Shown here piece by piece: positions 19,117 to 29,213 of a stretch of 64,000 bases of DNA. The notes beneath the pieces were generated by a model, which was not told the origin of the DNA, did not search any database, and was given only the letters and a program-made list of their open reading frames with translations. Positions within the stretch are counted from its first letter, which is position 1; every line of letters begins with the position of its first letter. The position numbers were made by a program, and so were the translations under genes. The stretch covers positions 1 to 64,000 of the IMG/VR virus record IMGVR_UViG_3300005253_000054, one strand, 5' to 3'. The stretch comes from a virus.

Positions 19117-19191
19117 TGCCGGCCCGCCACCTAACTCGGCTTCGCAACCGAGCGGGGTGCTTTACTTTTCACTTTCCCAAGGAGCAAGACA

Positions 19192-19434
19192 ATGAGCGAG
19201 AAACGACAATGCTACTGGCTTCAGGAATTGGAACCGAGTTCCAGCCATCCCGACCGGTATCGGGTCTGCGTCGTCACCGAAGGCGAACCGGGATACCACA
19301 AGACCGGCGGCGGTGACGTCGAACCGTGGTATTGGAACCAAGCGACGTGCGATGCGAAAAACAAGAGCTTCTTTGGCCTGAGCAAAGAGGACGCGATGCG
19401 GATCGTCGGTTCGTCGATGTTCTGCGACGCATAA
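19192..19434 (+). CDS. small early protein
   Basis: SD AAGGAG. Confidence 0.65.
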   Translation: MSEKRQCYWLQELEPSSSHPDRYRVCVVTEGEPGYHKTGGGDVEPWYWNQATCDAKNKSFFGLSKEDAMRIVGSSMFCDA

Positions 19435-19478
19435 CCCGAAACGCCGTCCGGCACGAACTCAAACCAAGGAGAACGAAA

Positions 19479-19601
19479 ATGAGTCCGAAAGAAATCGCCA
19501 AATTATACCGAATCGCTTTGATCAGAACCAATGGAAATGTCGAACGTGCTCGCAAATTAGTTGAGGCATATCTTGCAGGTTTTCTCACATCAGAGCATTA
19601 G
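19479..19601 (+). CDS. 40 aa early protein
   Basis: SD AAGGAG before ATG 19479. Confidence 0.55.
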   Translation: MSPKEIAKLYRIALIRTNGNVERARKLVEAYLAGFLTSEH

Positions 19602-19657
19602 TCGCTGACCGAACACATAGCCGTTTACAATCCTCTTACAATAGGAGATCTGAGAAA

Positions 19658-20194
19658 ATGAAGACTTACCAACCGACAGTCAGACTAACCCACGCGGTGG
19701 GAATCGTGGACGTGCATCAACACGGTGGTTATCCCTATCAGTGTGCCAAGCTGTACGAATCCAAGCAACGAAAGGATGGGGTATGGTATTGGGCTGCTGC
19801 TGGCCCCCAAGGCCCTGACCGACGCGGTGTAGAGATTCTGCAACAGGATGCTAAGGAATTGGCTGCCATCCACGATTGCGAGGTGCTGCCGATCCGATAT
19901 GGCTCTCGGGATGGTTTAGAATCGTTCAACGGATCGGCCCATCTGTCTGGCAATCCGATTGCAGAAATGTCCGATTTCGAGTCTGCTCAAGATGTGCGGG
20001 CCATCCTGTCTGACAATGGATGGATTCCGCTTTGCAAAATCCAAGACGGTGAGCATTGGGTAAAGGAACATTATCGGGCTATGTTGGTCTATTGTGATAA
20101 GCCCGGGGAAGCCAAGGCCGAAACTCTGATGTACGCTCAACTGGTCCATACTGGATCGACGAAGCGTAGTTCTGTTACTGTGGTTACTGATTAG
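19658..20194 (+). CDS. hypothetical protein
   Basis: SD TAGGAG. Confidence 0.65.
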   Translation: MKTYQPTVRLTHAVGIVDVHQHGGYPYQCAKLYESKQRKDGVWYWAAAGPQGPDRRGVEILQQDAKELAAIHDCEVLPIRYGSRDGLESFNGSAHLSGNPIAEMSDFESAQDVRAILSDNGWIPLCKIQDGEHWVKEHYRAMLVYCDKPGEAKAETLMYAQLVHTGSTKRSSVTVVTD

Positions 20195-20210
20195 AATAAG
20201 GAGAAACGCG

Positions 20211-21019
20211 ATGCGAACGATTACGAAGAATCCGGCACCAGAAACAAAAAAGCCGGTTGCAACTGTCGCTGATATGGATCGCCATAATCTATTCAAGGTC
20301 GCGTCGTACGCCGACTGGTACGGTATCACTGACAATCACGACTGGCCTGTTGTAAATCTCCGTTCGCACACGTTATGGCCTCCGGACTGGCTCAAGAGGA
20401 AGGTCTCCGAAGTCCTCGCTGACGGTGATTCCCTGACGATCGGCCCGGAGGTGAAAGATGGCTCGGCTTCGGACGTATAAGTGGTGCTGCGAGATGATTA
20501 GCCAGCGTGGTCGATGGGCGCGAGTGAAGGCGTTTGACACGCACCTCATTATCACGACGGGGCCTTTTAGCAGCGGCCCGTTATTTACCGTCAAGCAAGC
20601 CCGGCGTCTCCGCGATTGGCTGGACGCATGGTGCGATGAGGCTGAAAGGCAAGATGATGGCGACTAAAGAACTGATCGACGCGATTCGGACAGGGACGGA
20701 AGAGACAATGGCCCTTGTGTTTGCCGGTGTTGCCGATAAGAAAATCTTACGTCTGCTCCATTGTGAGAGTCCCGGAAGAGCTGCTGCCGTCACCGCCGCA
20801 AGTGCTGCGATGCTGGAAATCGCCGACGCCATCGTTGCCGCGCGGCCGAAGCCGGAGGATACATACCGTGCATGGGTGAAGTGGGAAGACGTGCCGGAAT
20901 TTGTCACATTGTCCGACGACAAGGGCGAGACAGCCGATTTGTGCGTCGTGAGCGGCGGTCTCCCGAACAACCTCCACCGCGTCACGATAATCAGGGAGCC
21001 ATCATGCCCACAGGAATAA
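20211..21019 (+). CDS. three coupled small hypothetical genes (20211-20480, 20458-20667, ~20654-21019)
   Basis: Overlapping starts and stops, SD sites, GC-rich codon usage. Confidence 0.55.
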
Positions 21020-21933
21020 GCTACCTCGACGAAGTCTGGCAGCCCGTCACCGGCTGTTCGCCATGTTCGCCGGGATGCGAGAATTGCTACGCTGCCACGA
21101 TGGCACAGACCGGCCGGCTGCGGAATCACCGACGGTATCGCGGATTGTCCAAACATGCCAAGTCTGAATCTGGTTTGACGATCGGCAAGTGGACCGGCGA
21201 GGTGCGTTGCAACGAAGAGGACTTGACGCAACCGCTGCGGTGGAAAAAGCCTCGCACCATCGGGACGGTCTTTATGGGCGATTTGTTCCACCCCGCCGTG
21301 CCGTTCGCGTTCCTCGACAAGGTGTTCGCCGTGATGGCCCTTTGCCTGCAGCATACGTTCGTGACCTGCATGAAACGAGCGGAGCGGATGCGAGAGTATC
21401 TGACCGAGTCAGATACAGAACGGCGAGTCGCTGCGGGCATGGGAGCCTATCGCTTGGATGCCCCGTGGCGAGGGCTGGACGGCCTTTGGCCCCTCCCAAA
21501 CGTCCACTTGGGCGTTACTGTGGAGTCACATGGCCAGACAAACAGGATCGTTCACCTACTAAAGGCACCGGCGGCGCATCGTTGGCTGTCGATCGAGCCG
21601 ATGCTTGGGCCTGTAGACCTGACAAATGTCGCCAACAAAACCCGGCCACCCGCCGTTATTTCCGGGAGCGTCCTTGGTTCTGACGGCCGTGGATTCACAC
21701 CCGGCGGGGCGAACGGTACCGGCATCGACGGCGTCATCCTCGGCTGCGAGTCTGGCCCGAACCGTCGCCCGTTCGACCTCGACTGGGCTCGCCGAGTTCG
21801 CGACGACTGCCAAGCCGCCGGAGTGAAACTGTACGTCAAGCAACTGAGCATCGACGGCAAGGTCGTGACGGCCCCGGCGTTGTTCCCGGAAGGTTTGAGA
21901 AGCCGCGAGCTTTCGTGGAAGGTGAACAAATGA
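21004..21933 (+). CDS. DUF5131 / phage Gp37Gp68 family radical SAM-like protein
   Basis: WQPVTGCSPCSPGCENCYA, MGDLFH, NVHLGVTVE, LSIEPMLG, GCESG, VKQ. Confidence 0.9.
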   Translation: MPTGISYLDEVWQPVTGCSPCSPGCENCYAATMAQTGRLRNHRRYRGLSKHAKSESGLTIGKWTGEVRCNEEDLTQPLRWKKPRTIGTVFMGDLFHPAVPFAFLDKVFAVMALCLQHTFVTCMKRAERMREYLTESDTERRVAAGMGAYRLDAPWRGLDGLWPLPNVHLGVTVESHGQTNRIVHLLKAPAAHRWLSIEPMLGPVDLTNVANKTRPPAVISGSVLGSDGRGFTPGGANGTGIDGVILGCESGPNRRPFDLDWARRVRDDCQAAGVKLYVKQLSIDGKVVTAPALFPEGLRSRELSWKVNK

Positions 21934-22768
21934 CGCAGACCGCGATACCGTCGACCGGAACGATTACGTGCCCTGAATGCGGCGTGCCCAATGAAATACA
22001 AATGGGTGACGATCGTGGATTTGCAACGTGCAGTTGCGGCAAGAGACTCCGCTGCAGGCACCATTACCCAGAGCCTATCGGCGCATTGGAGGCGTGCGGC
22101 TATAGGCTGTCGGTTGACTGGGACGGCGGTCTATTGGTAGACAGCGACGACGAACCCCCGGAAGAGGTTCGCAAATGGCTGTTTTTCAATCAATGCGAAC
22201 TGCGATCGACGATCGAATACGTAGGAAAGGCGGCACGTGCGTGTTTCATGGGCGGGTCGAAGAACGGCGAGCGTCATGGCCGCGGTATCCGCCCGCGGTA
22301 TGGACAGATTGAACCAGTCCACGTCCACATCGGCCGTTCTCATTGGGAGACATACGAATTCCGAGACCGAAACGACCCGCGGCTGTTTTTCGTCGGACGT
22401 TCGACGTCGAAAGCCAAAGCGAAGCAAGGCGTATTCGTCCCAACAGGAAAGCGAGGTGAATGATGGCATATAGCTACGACTGGCGGACAAAGGACGGCAA
22501 CCGCATTAGGAGATTAAGAGGTGCGATTCGAGCGTTGGTGTTCGATCTCGCTAACGCCAGAAAGCAACTCGCCGCTCAGCGTGCAATCGTCGCTGCGAAT
22601 GATGCGTACCGATCGCGGCTGATTGATCTACGAGACGCTCAGTCGTTGGACGAGGTCACCGGCGGCGACTCGGCAATCATGGCCGCTGCTGACGTAGACG
22701 AGGCAAACAGAGCGTGTCGGCGGACTCTCGAAATCGCAAAACTAATCGACAAGGAACCCAAGGAATGA
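21930..22768 (+). CDS. two hypothetical genes (Zn-ribbon protein 21930-22463; 22460-22768)
   Basis: CPEC...CSC motif; ATGA overlaps. Confidence 0.55.
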
Positions 22769-23256
22769 CCACAACTACAATCCCATCTTACGAGTCTGTG
22801 GAGAAGATGATTTACAAACTCGTTACCAATTTCTGGCAACGATATGGTGGCGATTACGACGATTTATTGTCCGCTGCCAACTGGGTCTATATTATCATTA
22901 TCTGTCAAGATAAATACGATCCTAATAGACACACCAAATTCTCTACGTTTCTTTATCGTTGTATTTATAATCGGTTACTCGACATCGAACTAAAAAACAG
23001 GCGTAGGAAAAAGCGAGAGATGACCGTGGATAACCAGTTTTGGAATGCGGTAATTCCGAAATCCGCTGCCATTTATGATTTTCGACAGGACGCAGAAACA
23101 GTGGTAAGAATGTTGCTTATCAGTCATAGAACAACCTTACAAAAGAAATCACGACGTGAATGCAAAAAGATCCTACGTTGGATTTTGGATGGCGAGGGTT
23201 GGACGGCTAAACAAATCACTGATACTTTTAAGGAGATAGGGAGGGTTTTAGGATGA
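22765..23256 (+). CDS. sigma-70 region 2-like transcription factor
   Basis: MIYKL...YDDLLSAA...KYDP...KFSTFLYRCIYNRLLD. Confidence 0.6.
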   Translation: MTTTTIPSYESVEKMIYKLVTNFWQRYGGDYDDLLSAANWVYIIIICQDKYDPNRHTKFSTFLYRCIYNRLLDIELKNRRRKKREMTVDNQFWNAVIPKSAAIYDFRQDAETVVRMLLISHRTTLQKKSRRECKKILRWILDGEGWTAKQITDTFKEIGRVLG

Positions 23257-23849
23257 GTAACACGAAAACGAGAGAAGAGATCGTAAAAGAATGTGCTAAT
23301 GCTGCAATTGGCTGCTGGGAGCATTATTGCGATAGGCCCTTATCCGATATAAGGAAGGCTCTTATTGAAACTCGTATTGATGTTGAATTTCCACATTCGT
23401 TTTCGACAGTGAATTGGACGGCTTACGCTGACCAACGGGATAAAGAACTTGCTGAAGAGGAATTACAGGATGAAACCCCCGAGACTTAGACTAATACAAA
23501 TAGGGACTAATTGGTGGATCGTCGGACTCGAAAAACCGATGGGGCCTTACAGCAGGAAAGAAGACGCCGAATCGGATCGTCGTGGTGTAATCGACTTTTA
23601 CAAGCACGAAGTGGATAAGGAGGTTATGGGATGTTTTCAATAAGACAAAAGCGAGAGATTGCAGACAAGATACAGACCATTTTGAGGGAGACAAAACACC
23701 TGGGATTGCCGACTGGCGAGATTGTCTTTCAATTACATGTGCATAGTAAAGAGTCATGGAGTTGGGCGGACATTGAAAATAATGCGGCGGTAAACGACCC
23801 CGAGATAAACCCTTGGAACGAAGATCAAGATAAGAGACAAAATGACTGA
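23253..23849 (+). CDS. three small hypothetical genes
   Basis: Track ORFs 23253-23489, 23449-23643, 23631-23849 tile without gaps. Confidence 0.5.
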
Positions 23850-25200
23850 GCTGTTCCCATACCAAAAAGAAGATGTTCTGCAAATGGAACGGTTCAATGG
23901 TCGTATATTAAACGCGAGCCAGATGGGCCTCGGTAAGACTCTTGTTACCCTGACCTATCTCCAGCAGCATCCAGAGGCTTTGCCAGCTGTCGTCGTCTGT
24001 CCATCCTCGGTCAAGTATGTTTGGGAGCATGAGGCTCTAACTCACATCCAGATGCACTCCCAAGTATTGGAGGGACAGAAACCACCCCAGAATGGCGACC
24101 ACTTATTCTCCAATCCTGGCAAGTTAATCATCCTCAATTACGACATACTTCAGTATTGGGTTGCGTGGTTACGCAAATTGAAACCACAAACTTTGATTCT
24201 GGATGAATGTCACAAAGTAAAATCCAGAACAACTAAGGTTACCAAGGCCGCAAAAAGTCTATCACGATCCATTCCAAACATGTTTGCCCTCAGTGGCACA
24301 CCTCTTACCAATCGTCCGGCAGAATTATGGCCAACTCTCAATATGCTTCGTCCTGACCTATATCCGGCATTTTGGCCATTTGGAATAAAACATTGTGCTG
24401 GAAAGAAATCTTACTGGGGTTGGGAGTTCAAAGGTGCAACTAATGTTAAAGAGTTGCATGACAAGTTAACAAAACAACTGATGATTCGGAGACGGAAGAA
24501 AGACGTCTTAGACTTACCACCCAAGGTTCGACAAACAATTCCTTGCGAATTATCAGATAGGACAGAATACGAGGAAGCCTCCAATGATCTAATCGGATGG
24601 CTCAGGAAAAACAATCCAAGGAAAGCCGGCGAATCCAAGATGATGGCGATGGTTCGGTTAGGTTACCTATTGCGATTAGCGGCTAGGCTGAAACTAAAAT
24701 CAGTAGTTAGATGGATCAATCGTTTCCACTTGGAATCGGAAGATGAAAAGCTAATCGTATTTGCCCATCACAAGGGAATGATTCGGGTGATAAAGAAACG
24801 ATGTCGAGCCAAATCGGTTGTGATTGATGGATCGGTGGCCGGTCAAAGACGAAAAGCGATGGCCGATCAATTCCAGCAGGATAAGAAAACTCGATTACTG
24901 ATTGGTAACATCCAAGCAGCCGGTGTAGGTCTAACTTTAACAGCCGCGTCTACTGTAGCTTTTGCCGAACTAGATTGGGTGCCTGGAAATATGTTGCAAG
25001 CTGAGGATCGGCCACACCGGATTGGTCAGACAAAAACTGTTTGGATCTATTATCTTGTGGCGGGGGATACGGTGGAAGAGAAGTTATGCAAAGTTTTGCA
25101 AGAGAAACAGAAGATAATTACTAGGATTTTGGATGGGGATTTAGGGGATGGGAAAGAGTTCGACGTGTTCAATGAGCTATTAGGTCTATTGGGAGTATAA
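23842..25200 (+). CDS. SNF2-family (SMARCAL1/HARP-like) helicase
   Basis: MGLGKT, LDECH, LSGTP, GVGLTLT, QAEDRPHRIGQ. Confidence 0.93.
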   Translation: MTELFPYQKEDVLQMERFNGRILNASQMGLGKTLVTLTYLQQHPEALPAVVVCPSSVKYVWEHEALTHIQMHSQVLEGQKPPQNGDHLFSNPGKLIILNYDILQYWVAWLRKLKPQTLILDECHKVKSRTTKVTKAAKSLSRSIPNMFALSGTPLTNRPAELWPTLNMLRPDLYPAFWPFGIKHCAGKKSYWGWEFKGATNVKELHDKLTKQLMIRRRKKDVLDLPPKVRQTIPCELSDRTEYEEASNDLIGWLRKNNPRKAGESKMMAMVRLGYLLRLAARLKLKSVVRWINRFHLESEDEKLIVFAHHKGMIRVIKKRCRAKSVVIDGSVAGQRRKAMADQFQQDKKTRLLIGNIQAAGVGLTLTAASTVAFAELDWVPGNMLQAEDRPHRIGQTKTVWIYYLVAGDTVEEKLCKVLQEKQKIITRILDGDLGDGKEFDVFNELLGLLGV

Positions 25201-25204
25201 TAAT

Positions 25205-25384
25205 ATGACTAGAAAGAACGAAACTACACTCGGTGTACCAATGGAATTACGTAAGGAGGTATCGGCCGCTGCTGATAAATCAGGGATGCGAGTACGTGAG
25301 TGGACTCAGTTAGCTTTGCGTTACGTTTTGGATAACATAGTAATCAAGATTGAGATTGACGAACCAATAGGAGGTACCAAGTGA
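25205..25384 (+). CDS. 59 aa possible ribbon-helix-helix regulator (not in ORF track)
   Basis: TTLGVPMELRKEVSAAADKSGMRVREWTQLAL pattern. Confidence 0.45.
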   Translation: MTRKNETTLGVPMELRKEVSAAADKSGMRVREWTQLALRYVLDNIVIKIEIDEPIGGTK

Positions 25385-26359
25385 TGAGTCAATGGACACA
25401 CGTTGCAGCCGTAATCCGTTTTGATGGTGTCAAAGGAATGACCCCTGATCCCAATCTAAATCAGGATGTCCCACAAGGATCAGAAGAGGGATTACATTAT
25501 GGAGTGGTAGAGGTGGGAGAAGGAATCCCAAGATTCACAGTTACAATTTGGGGTGATCTAAGAGAATTTGATTCCGTTGAGGAAATTGTGGCATACTTGG
25601 AAAGGATTACTAAGGGACACACAATCCGTTCTGGAATCGCCGAAATAGATGTAGAGAATCGTCATTTTGTTGTGGTGAGATATAGCTATGATGACAATGG
25701 TGAGAATGGAAAGTGGAGTATAATAAAACAATCAAAGCACAAGTGGTAAAACAATAGGAGGTAGCAAGTGATGGATGAATACCCAAAATGCGATTGTGGT
25801 GAATACAATGGATTGGCTATGTTTGAGGATCGTATGTGGTGTCCCAAATGTTTGTGGGCTGAGATTCTGTATTTACGTGGTGTGCTCAAAGATTTTGGCA
25901 TTAAACAGGAAGGTACCAAATGATGATAACCGATGCAAAAGGACGGCCCGTGGAGTTACGTGATTTTGACGCAAAGCACGTAGTTGGCGTTCAGATTGGA
26001 TCGTTAGGACACAAACTGTGGGTATGTATTGATGGGGTGGCTGTGATTAGAGTCAATGCTCCTACAATCGAGTTGGTGGATCAAAGGGAACCGATAGGAG
26101 GTATCAAGTGATGGATATGGAAAAGCAACATCCAAAATGCGAATGTGGCGAGAATTTTGGACTAGCAGTTTTCGGGGATCAGTGGTGGTGTCCCAAGTGT
26201 TTGCGGTCTAGGGGTAATCATGTTATAAATGCCGTTTGCAATACCCTTAGTGATGTTTTGAAGATGCCAGACTCACCCGATAGCCGGACGGCACAGGCCC
26301 ATTTGCGGATTCTTTACCACAAGGTTAAAAGTATTGGGGAGGGAAGATTCGCACGATGA
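25381..26359 (+). CDS. four small genes (25381-25749, 25771-25923, 25920-26111, 26108-26359); second and fourth are CxC..CPKC paralogs
   Basis: Each preceded by a AGGAGGTAnCAAGTGATG-type motif; PKCDCGEYNGLAMFEDRMWCPKCL vs PKCECGENFGLAVFGDQWWCPKCL. Confidence 0.65.
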
Positions 26360-27234
26360 ATTCAATCACGGAAATCCTAGACGAATTACGAATCCCTTAT
26401 TCCCATTCTGGTGACCATCGGAATGTACGCGAGGGATTCGTTGGAATCGACTGCCCTTGGTGCGGTCACGAAAATGGGAAACGCCACCTTGGAATCTCGA
26501 TAGAGGATGGATTCGGAACATGCTGGCAATGTTCTTACCACTCATTAGCCTCCATTTTGCATACTATCTCAGGGCTCCCATACGACCGTATACGGGCCTT
26601 GTTGGATGGGCTGCCCCAAACACGTCTGAGGAAAAAGCAAGTCCATAGAGGACACCTACGGTTGCCTGATGGGCATTCCTACATCAACGGTGCTCACTAT
26701 CGTTATCTGCGTGGTAGAGGATTTGATGCCTTGAAAGTTGTGGGATTGTGGCACCTTGGAGGATTTACACTACATCCTCAATACAATTGGCGGCTATTCA
26801 TTCCGATCCATTATCGTGGCGAGGTTGTGTCGTGGACTACCCGTTCAACCGGACGGGTAGAATCTGGCAAGTACAAATCGGCTACGCCTGAGCAATCCGT
26901 AATACCTATTAAAGAGTTGCTTTATGGTGAGGATCATGCAAGGCATTCTGTTGTAGTATGTGAGGGTGTAACTGGCGTCTGGAGGATTGGCCCTGGAGCT
27001 GTAGCATTATTCGGGATGGCAGCTACGATACAGCAAGTTAAGAAGTTGTCTCAATTTTCTTTAAGAGTTATCTGTTTCGATAATGAACCAGAGGCCCAAC
27101 GGCGGGCGGATAAACTGGCCGAATTGTTGGCCCCTTATCCTGGAAAAACGGAAAGGGTCTGTCTAAAATCCCCCGATCCTGGGGGTGCAACAGCCGACGA
27201 AGTGGCAGAAATACGGGCGAATTGGTTGTCTTAG
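26356..27234 (+). CDS. DNA primase (Zn finger plus TOPRIM)
   Basis: CPWC..CWQC, YLRGRG, VCEG, CFDNE. Confidence 0.85.
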   Translation: MNSITEILDELRIPYSHSGDHRNVREGFVGIDCPWCGHENGKRHLGISIEDGFGTCWQCSYHSLASILHTISGLPYDRIRALLDGLPQTRLRKKQVHRGHLRLPDGHSYINGAHYRYLRGRGFDALKVVGLWHLGGFTLHPQYNWRLFIPIHYRGEVVSWTTRSTGRVESGKYKSATPEQSVIPIKELLYGEDHARHSVVVCEGVTGVWRIGPGAVALFGMAATIQQVKKLSQFSLRVICFDNEPEAQRRADKLAELLAPYPGKTERVCLKSPDPGGATADEVAEIRANWLS

Positions 27235-27325
27235 CAGGAATATTTTCGTGACCGCCGACTGGGGTAAGAGCAAGTTTGCGATTAAAGCAAAAGAGAGAGC
27301 CGCAAAGGTTTAGTTTAGTGCGATC

Positions 27326-27751
27326 AACTGAAACCCCTTTTACTTTTAGGAGACAAGGAAATGACAACCGCAGCAGAACGAAACGCACGGGAAGATGGCT
27401 ACGAATTCACAGGCTGCTACGCAAGATCCTACGATAAGGACAAACTGAAACCCGATGCCGCGGAATATTGCCAGCAAGGGTACAGAGTCAGGACAGTGAA
27501 CGTCTATGGTGGGGGTTACAGCCTCTATATCAAGGACACGCCCAAGACCCTCAAAGCGAAAGAGGAGCAAGCCATAAAGGACGAAGAGGCCCGTCAAGCC
27601 ACGGCCATTGACGTGGCTGAATACCTCGTTGCGGTATCGAAACACATCGGCGATTTGGGTGCTTCCAAATTGCAGACACTCAAGCACGTTATCAAACGGG
27701 AATTGGGAGATAACTGAAACCCCCTTTTACTTTTAGGAGACAAGGAAATGA
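27326..27751 (+). repeat. ~39 bp direct repeat (27326-27364 and 27712-27751) flanking one gene
   Basis: AACTGAAACCCC(C)TTTTACTTTTAGGAGACAAGGAAATGA, differing by one C. Confidence 0.9.
27361..27717 (+). CDS. hypothetical protein
   Basis: SD TAGGAG within the repeat. Confidence 0.7.
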   Translation: MTTAAERNAREDGYEFTGCYARSYDKDKLKPDAAEYCQQGYRVRTVNVYGGGYSLYIKDTPKTLKAKEEQAIKDEEARQATAIDVAEYLVAVSKHIGDLGASKLQTLKHVIKRELGDN

Positions 27752-29130
27752 ACCTCGACAACGTCATCAACGAAACTGAGAAGCGTAACGGTGGACCCCA
27801 AATCATCAAACAGAATGATGATATGAATTCGATCAAGGCAAATCCTTTCGATAGCCTCCAAGTCTGGGATGCCGCCGAATTCGGCATGACCCGAGAGCAG
27901 GCAATCGAGGAAATCAAAAATGACCCCGTTCAGATGGGACGATTGAAAGAGGCCGCCATTAAGCGGGCCAACCTCAATCAGGCCGATGACGGCTCGATTA
28001 GCATGTTCGTTAGTGCTGATTTGCAAGACGCATGGTGGCACGAACTCGGCAAGTGCATCAGCCATGCCGCCAATTCCCAACAGGCCATTGAACTGGCTAA
28101 CATGGGCTTCATCGCCAAAAAGGTGCCTCTAATGGTGCCAGCAAATTACGATGCCAATACAGACGAAACCAAGGTTGGCAAATCGTATCCCCACAATCCT
28201 TACGAAAAAATGATCCACAGTGGGGCCTACGCTGTCGTCAGAGAAGACAACGGTCACAATCTCACGCAAGGCAAGAGCGTTGGCGGTCGTTACACCGTCC
28301 TACAATACTCGGAAGTTTTCGAGATTATGGACGAAATCGTGGGCCAGGGTGGTGCAAAATTCCACTCGGCAGGTGTCCTCGGTGGTGGCGAACGTGCTTG
28401 GATGCTGGCCGAACTGCCCGAAGAATTCGAGGCAGCCGAAGGCGACAACATTAAGCTCTTTTTACTCGGTGTTGGTTCTCACGACGGGACTGGAGCAACC
28501 AAATTTATGTTGACGTCTGAGCGGGTTGTTTGTGCAAACACCCTCAGACAGGCTCTAAACGGCAAGGATTGCATTTCTTTCCGACACACGAAGAACCAGA
28601 AGGCCAGAGCGAAGCAAGCCGCAAAGGCCCTTCTGATGGCCAAGGTAGGCATCGAACGATTGCAGGCGAAAGTTGCCCGAGCCGTTGATGTTACGGTGGA
28701 CCAGACGCAAGCAGAGGATTACTTCGCTCTGTGCTTGGACGACATTGTGGAGACAACTGTTGCAGATCAGCGGGTTACGGCTGCCAGTTTAACGGATGGA
28801 TCGTTGCTCAGTTCGATTCTAGAAATCACCGATTTGGAAGAGCGGCAGACGGAAGAGAAGAGGTTGGATCGTTGTAAGAATCGCCGGGCGAAACTGCTGA
28901 AAGACATTATTGAGCGTTACGAGTCTGACCGTAATAACGGCATGGTGTCGATCAGAGACACGGGATGGTCGGCGTATAATGCTGTTAGTGAGTTCGCCGA
29001 CCATAGCCCTCTGAACACCTACAAGGGCGACAGGAAAGCAGAGAAGCGATTCGATAGCGTTCTGATGGGGCGTGCCAACCAAATCAAGCAGAACGCCTTG
29101 GAGTTGGTCTTAGAAATGACGGTTGCGTAA
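27748..29130 (+). CDS. DUF932-domain protein
   Basis: AGVLGGGERAWM, SHDGTG, RVVCANTL, FRHT, TGWSAYNAVSEFADH. Confidence 0.88.
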   Translation: MNLDNVINETEKRNGGPQIIKQNDDMNSIKANPFDSLQVWDAAEFGMTREQAIEEIKNDPVQMGRLKEAAIKRANLNQADDGSISMFVSADLQDAWWHELGKCISHAANSQQAIELANMGFIAKKVPLMVPANYDANTDETKVGKSYPHNPYEKMIHSGAYAVVREDNGHNLTQGKSVGGRYTVLQYSEVFEIMDEIVGQGGAKFHSAGVLGGGERAWMLAELPEEFEAAEGDNIKLFLLGVGSHDGTGATKFMLTSERVVCANTLRQALNGKDCISFRHTKNQKARAKQAAKALLMAKVGIERLQAKVARAVDVTVDQTQAEDYFALCLDDIVETTVADQRVTAASLTDGSLLSSILEITDLEERQTEEKRLDRCKNRRAKLLKDIIERYESDRNNGMVSIRDTGWSAYNAVSEFADHSPLNTYKGDRKAEKRFDSVLMGRANQIKQNALELVLEMTVA

Positions 29131-29148
29131 GCCTGTCTCGTTTTAGCT

Positions 29149-29172
29149 CCTTACCCTTTGTTGTGGGTAAGG
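29149..29172 (+). terminator. hairpin downstream of the DUF932 gene
   Basis: CCTTACCC-8 nt-GGGTAAGG; no clear U tract on + strand. Confidence 0.4.
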
Positions 29173-29213
29173 GGCATCAGTGGAAATCCAAATCAAGATA
29201 GGAGACTGAAGAA

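Noticed and set aside
25775-25963. Track ORF 25775..25963
   Set aside because: The overlapping frame 25771-25923 has the SD and a clear paralog at 26108
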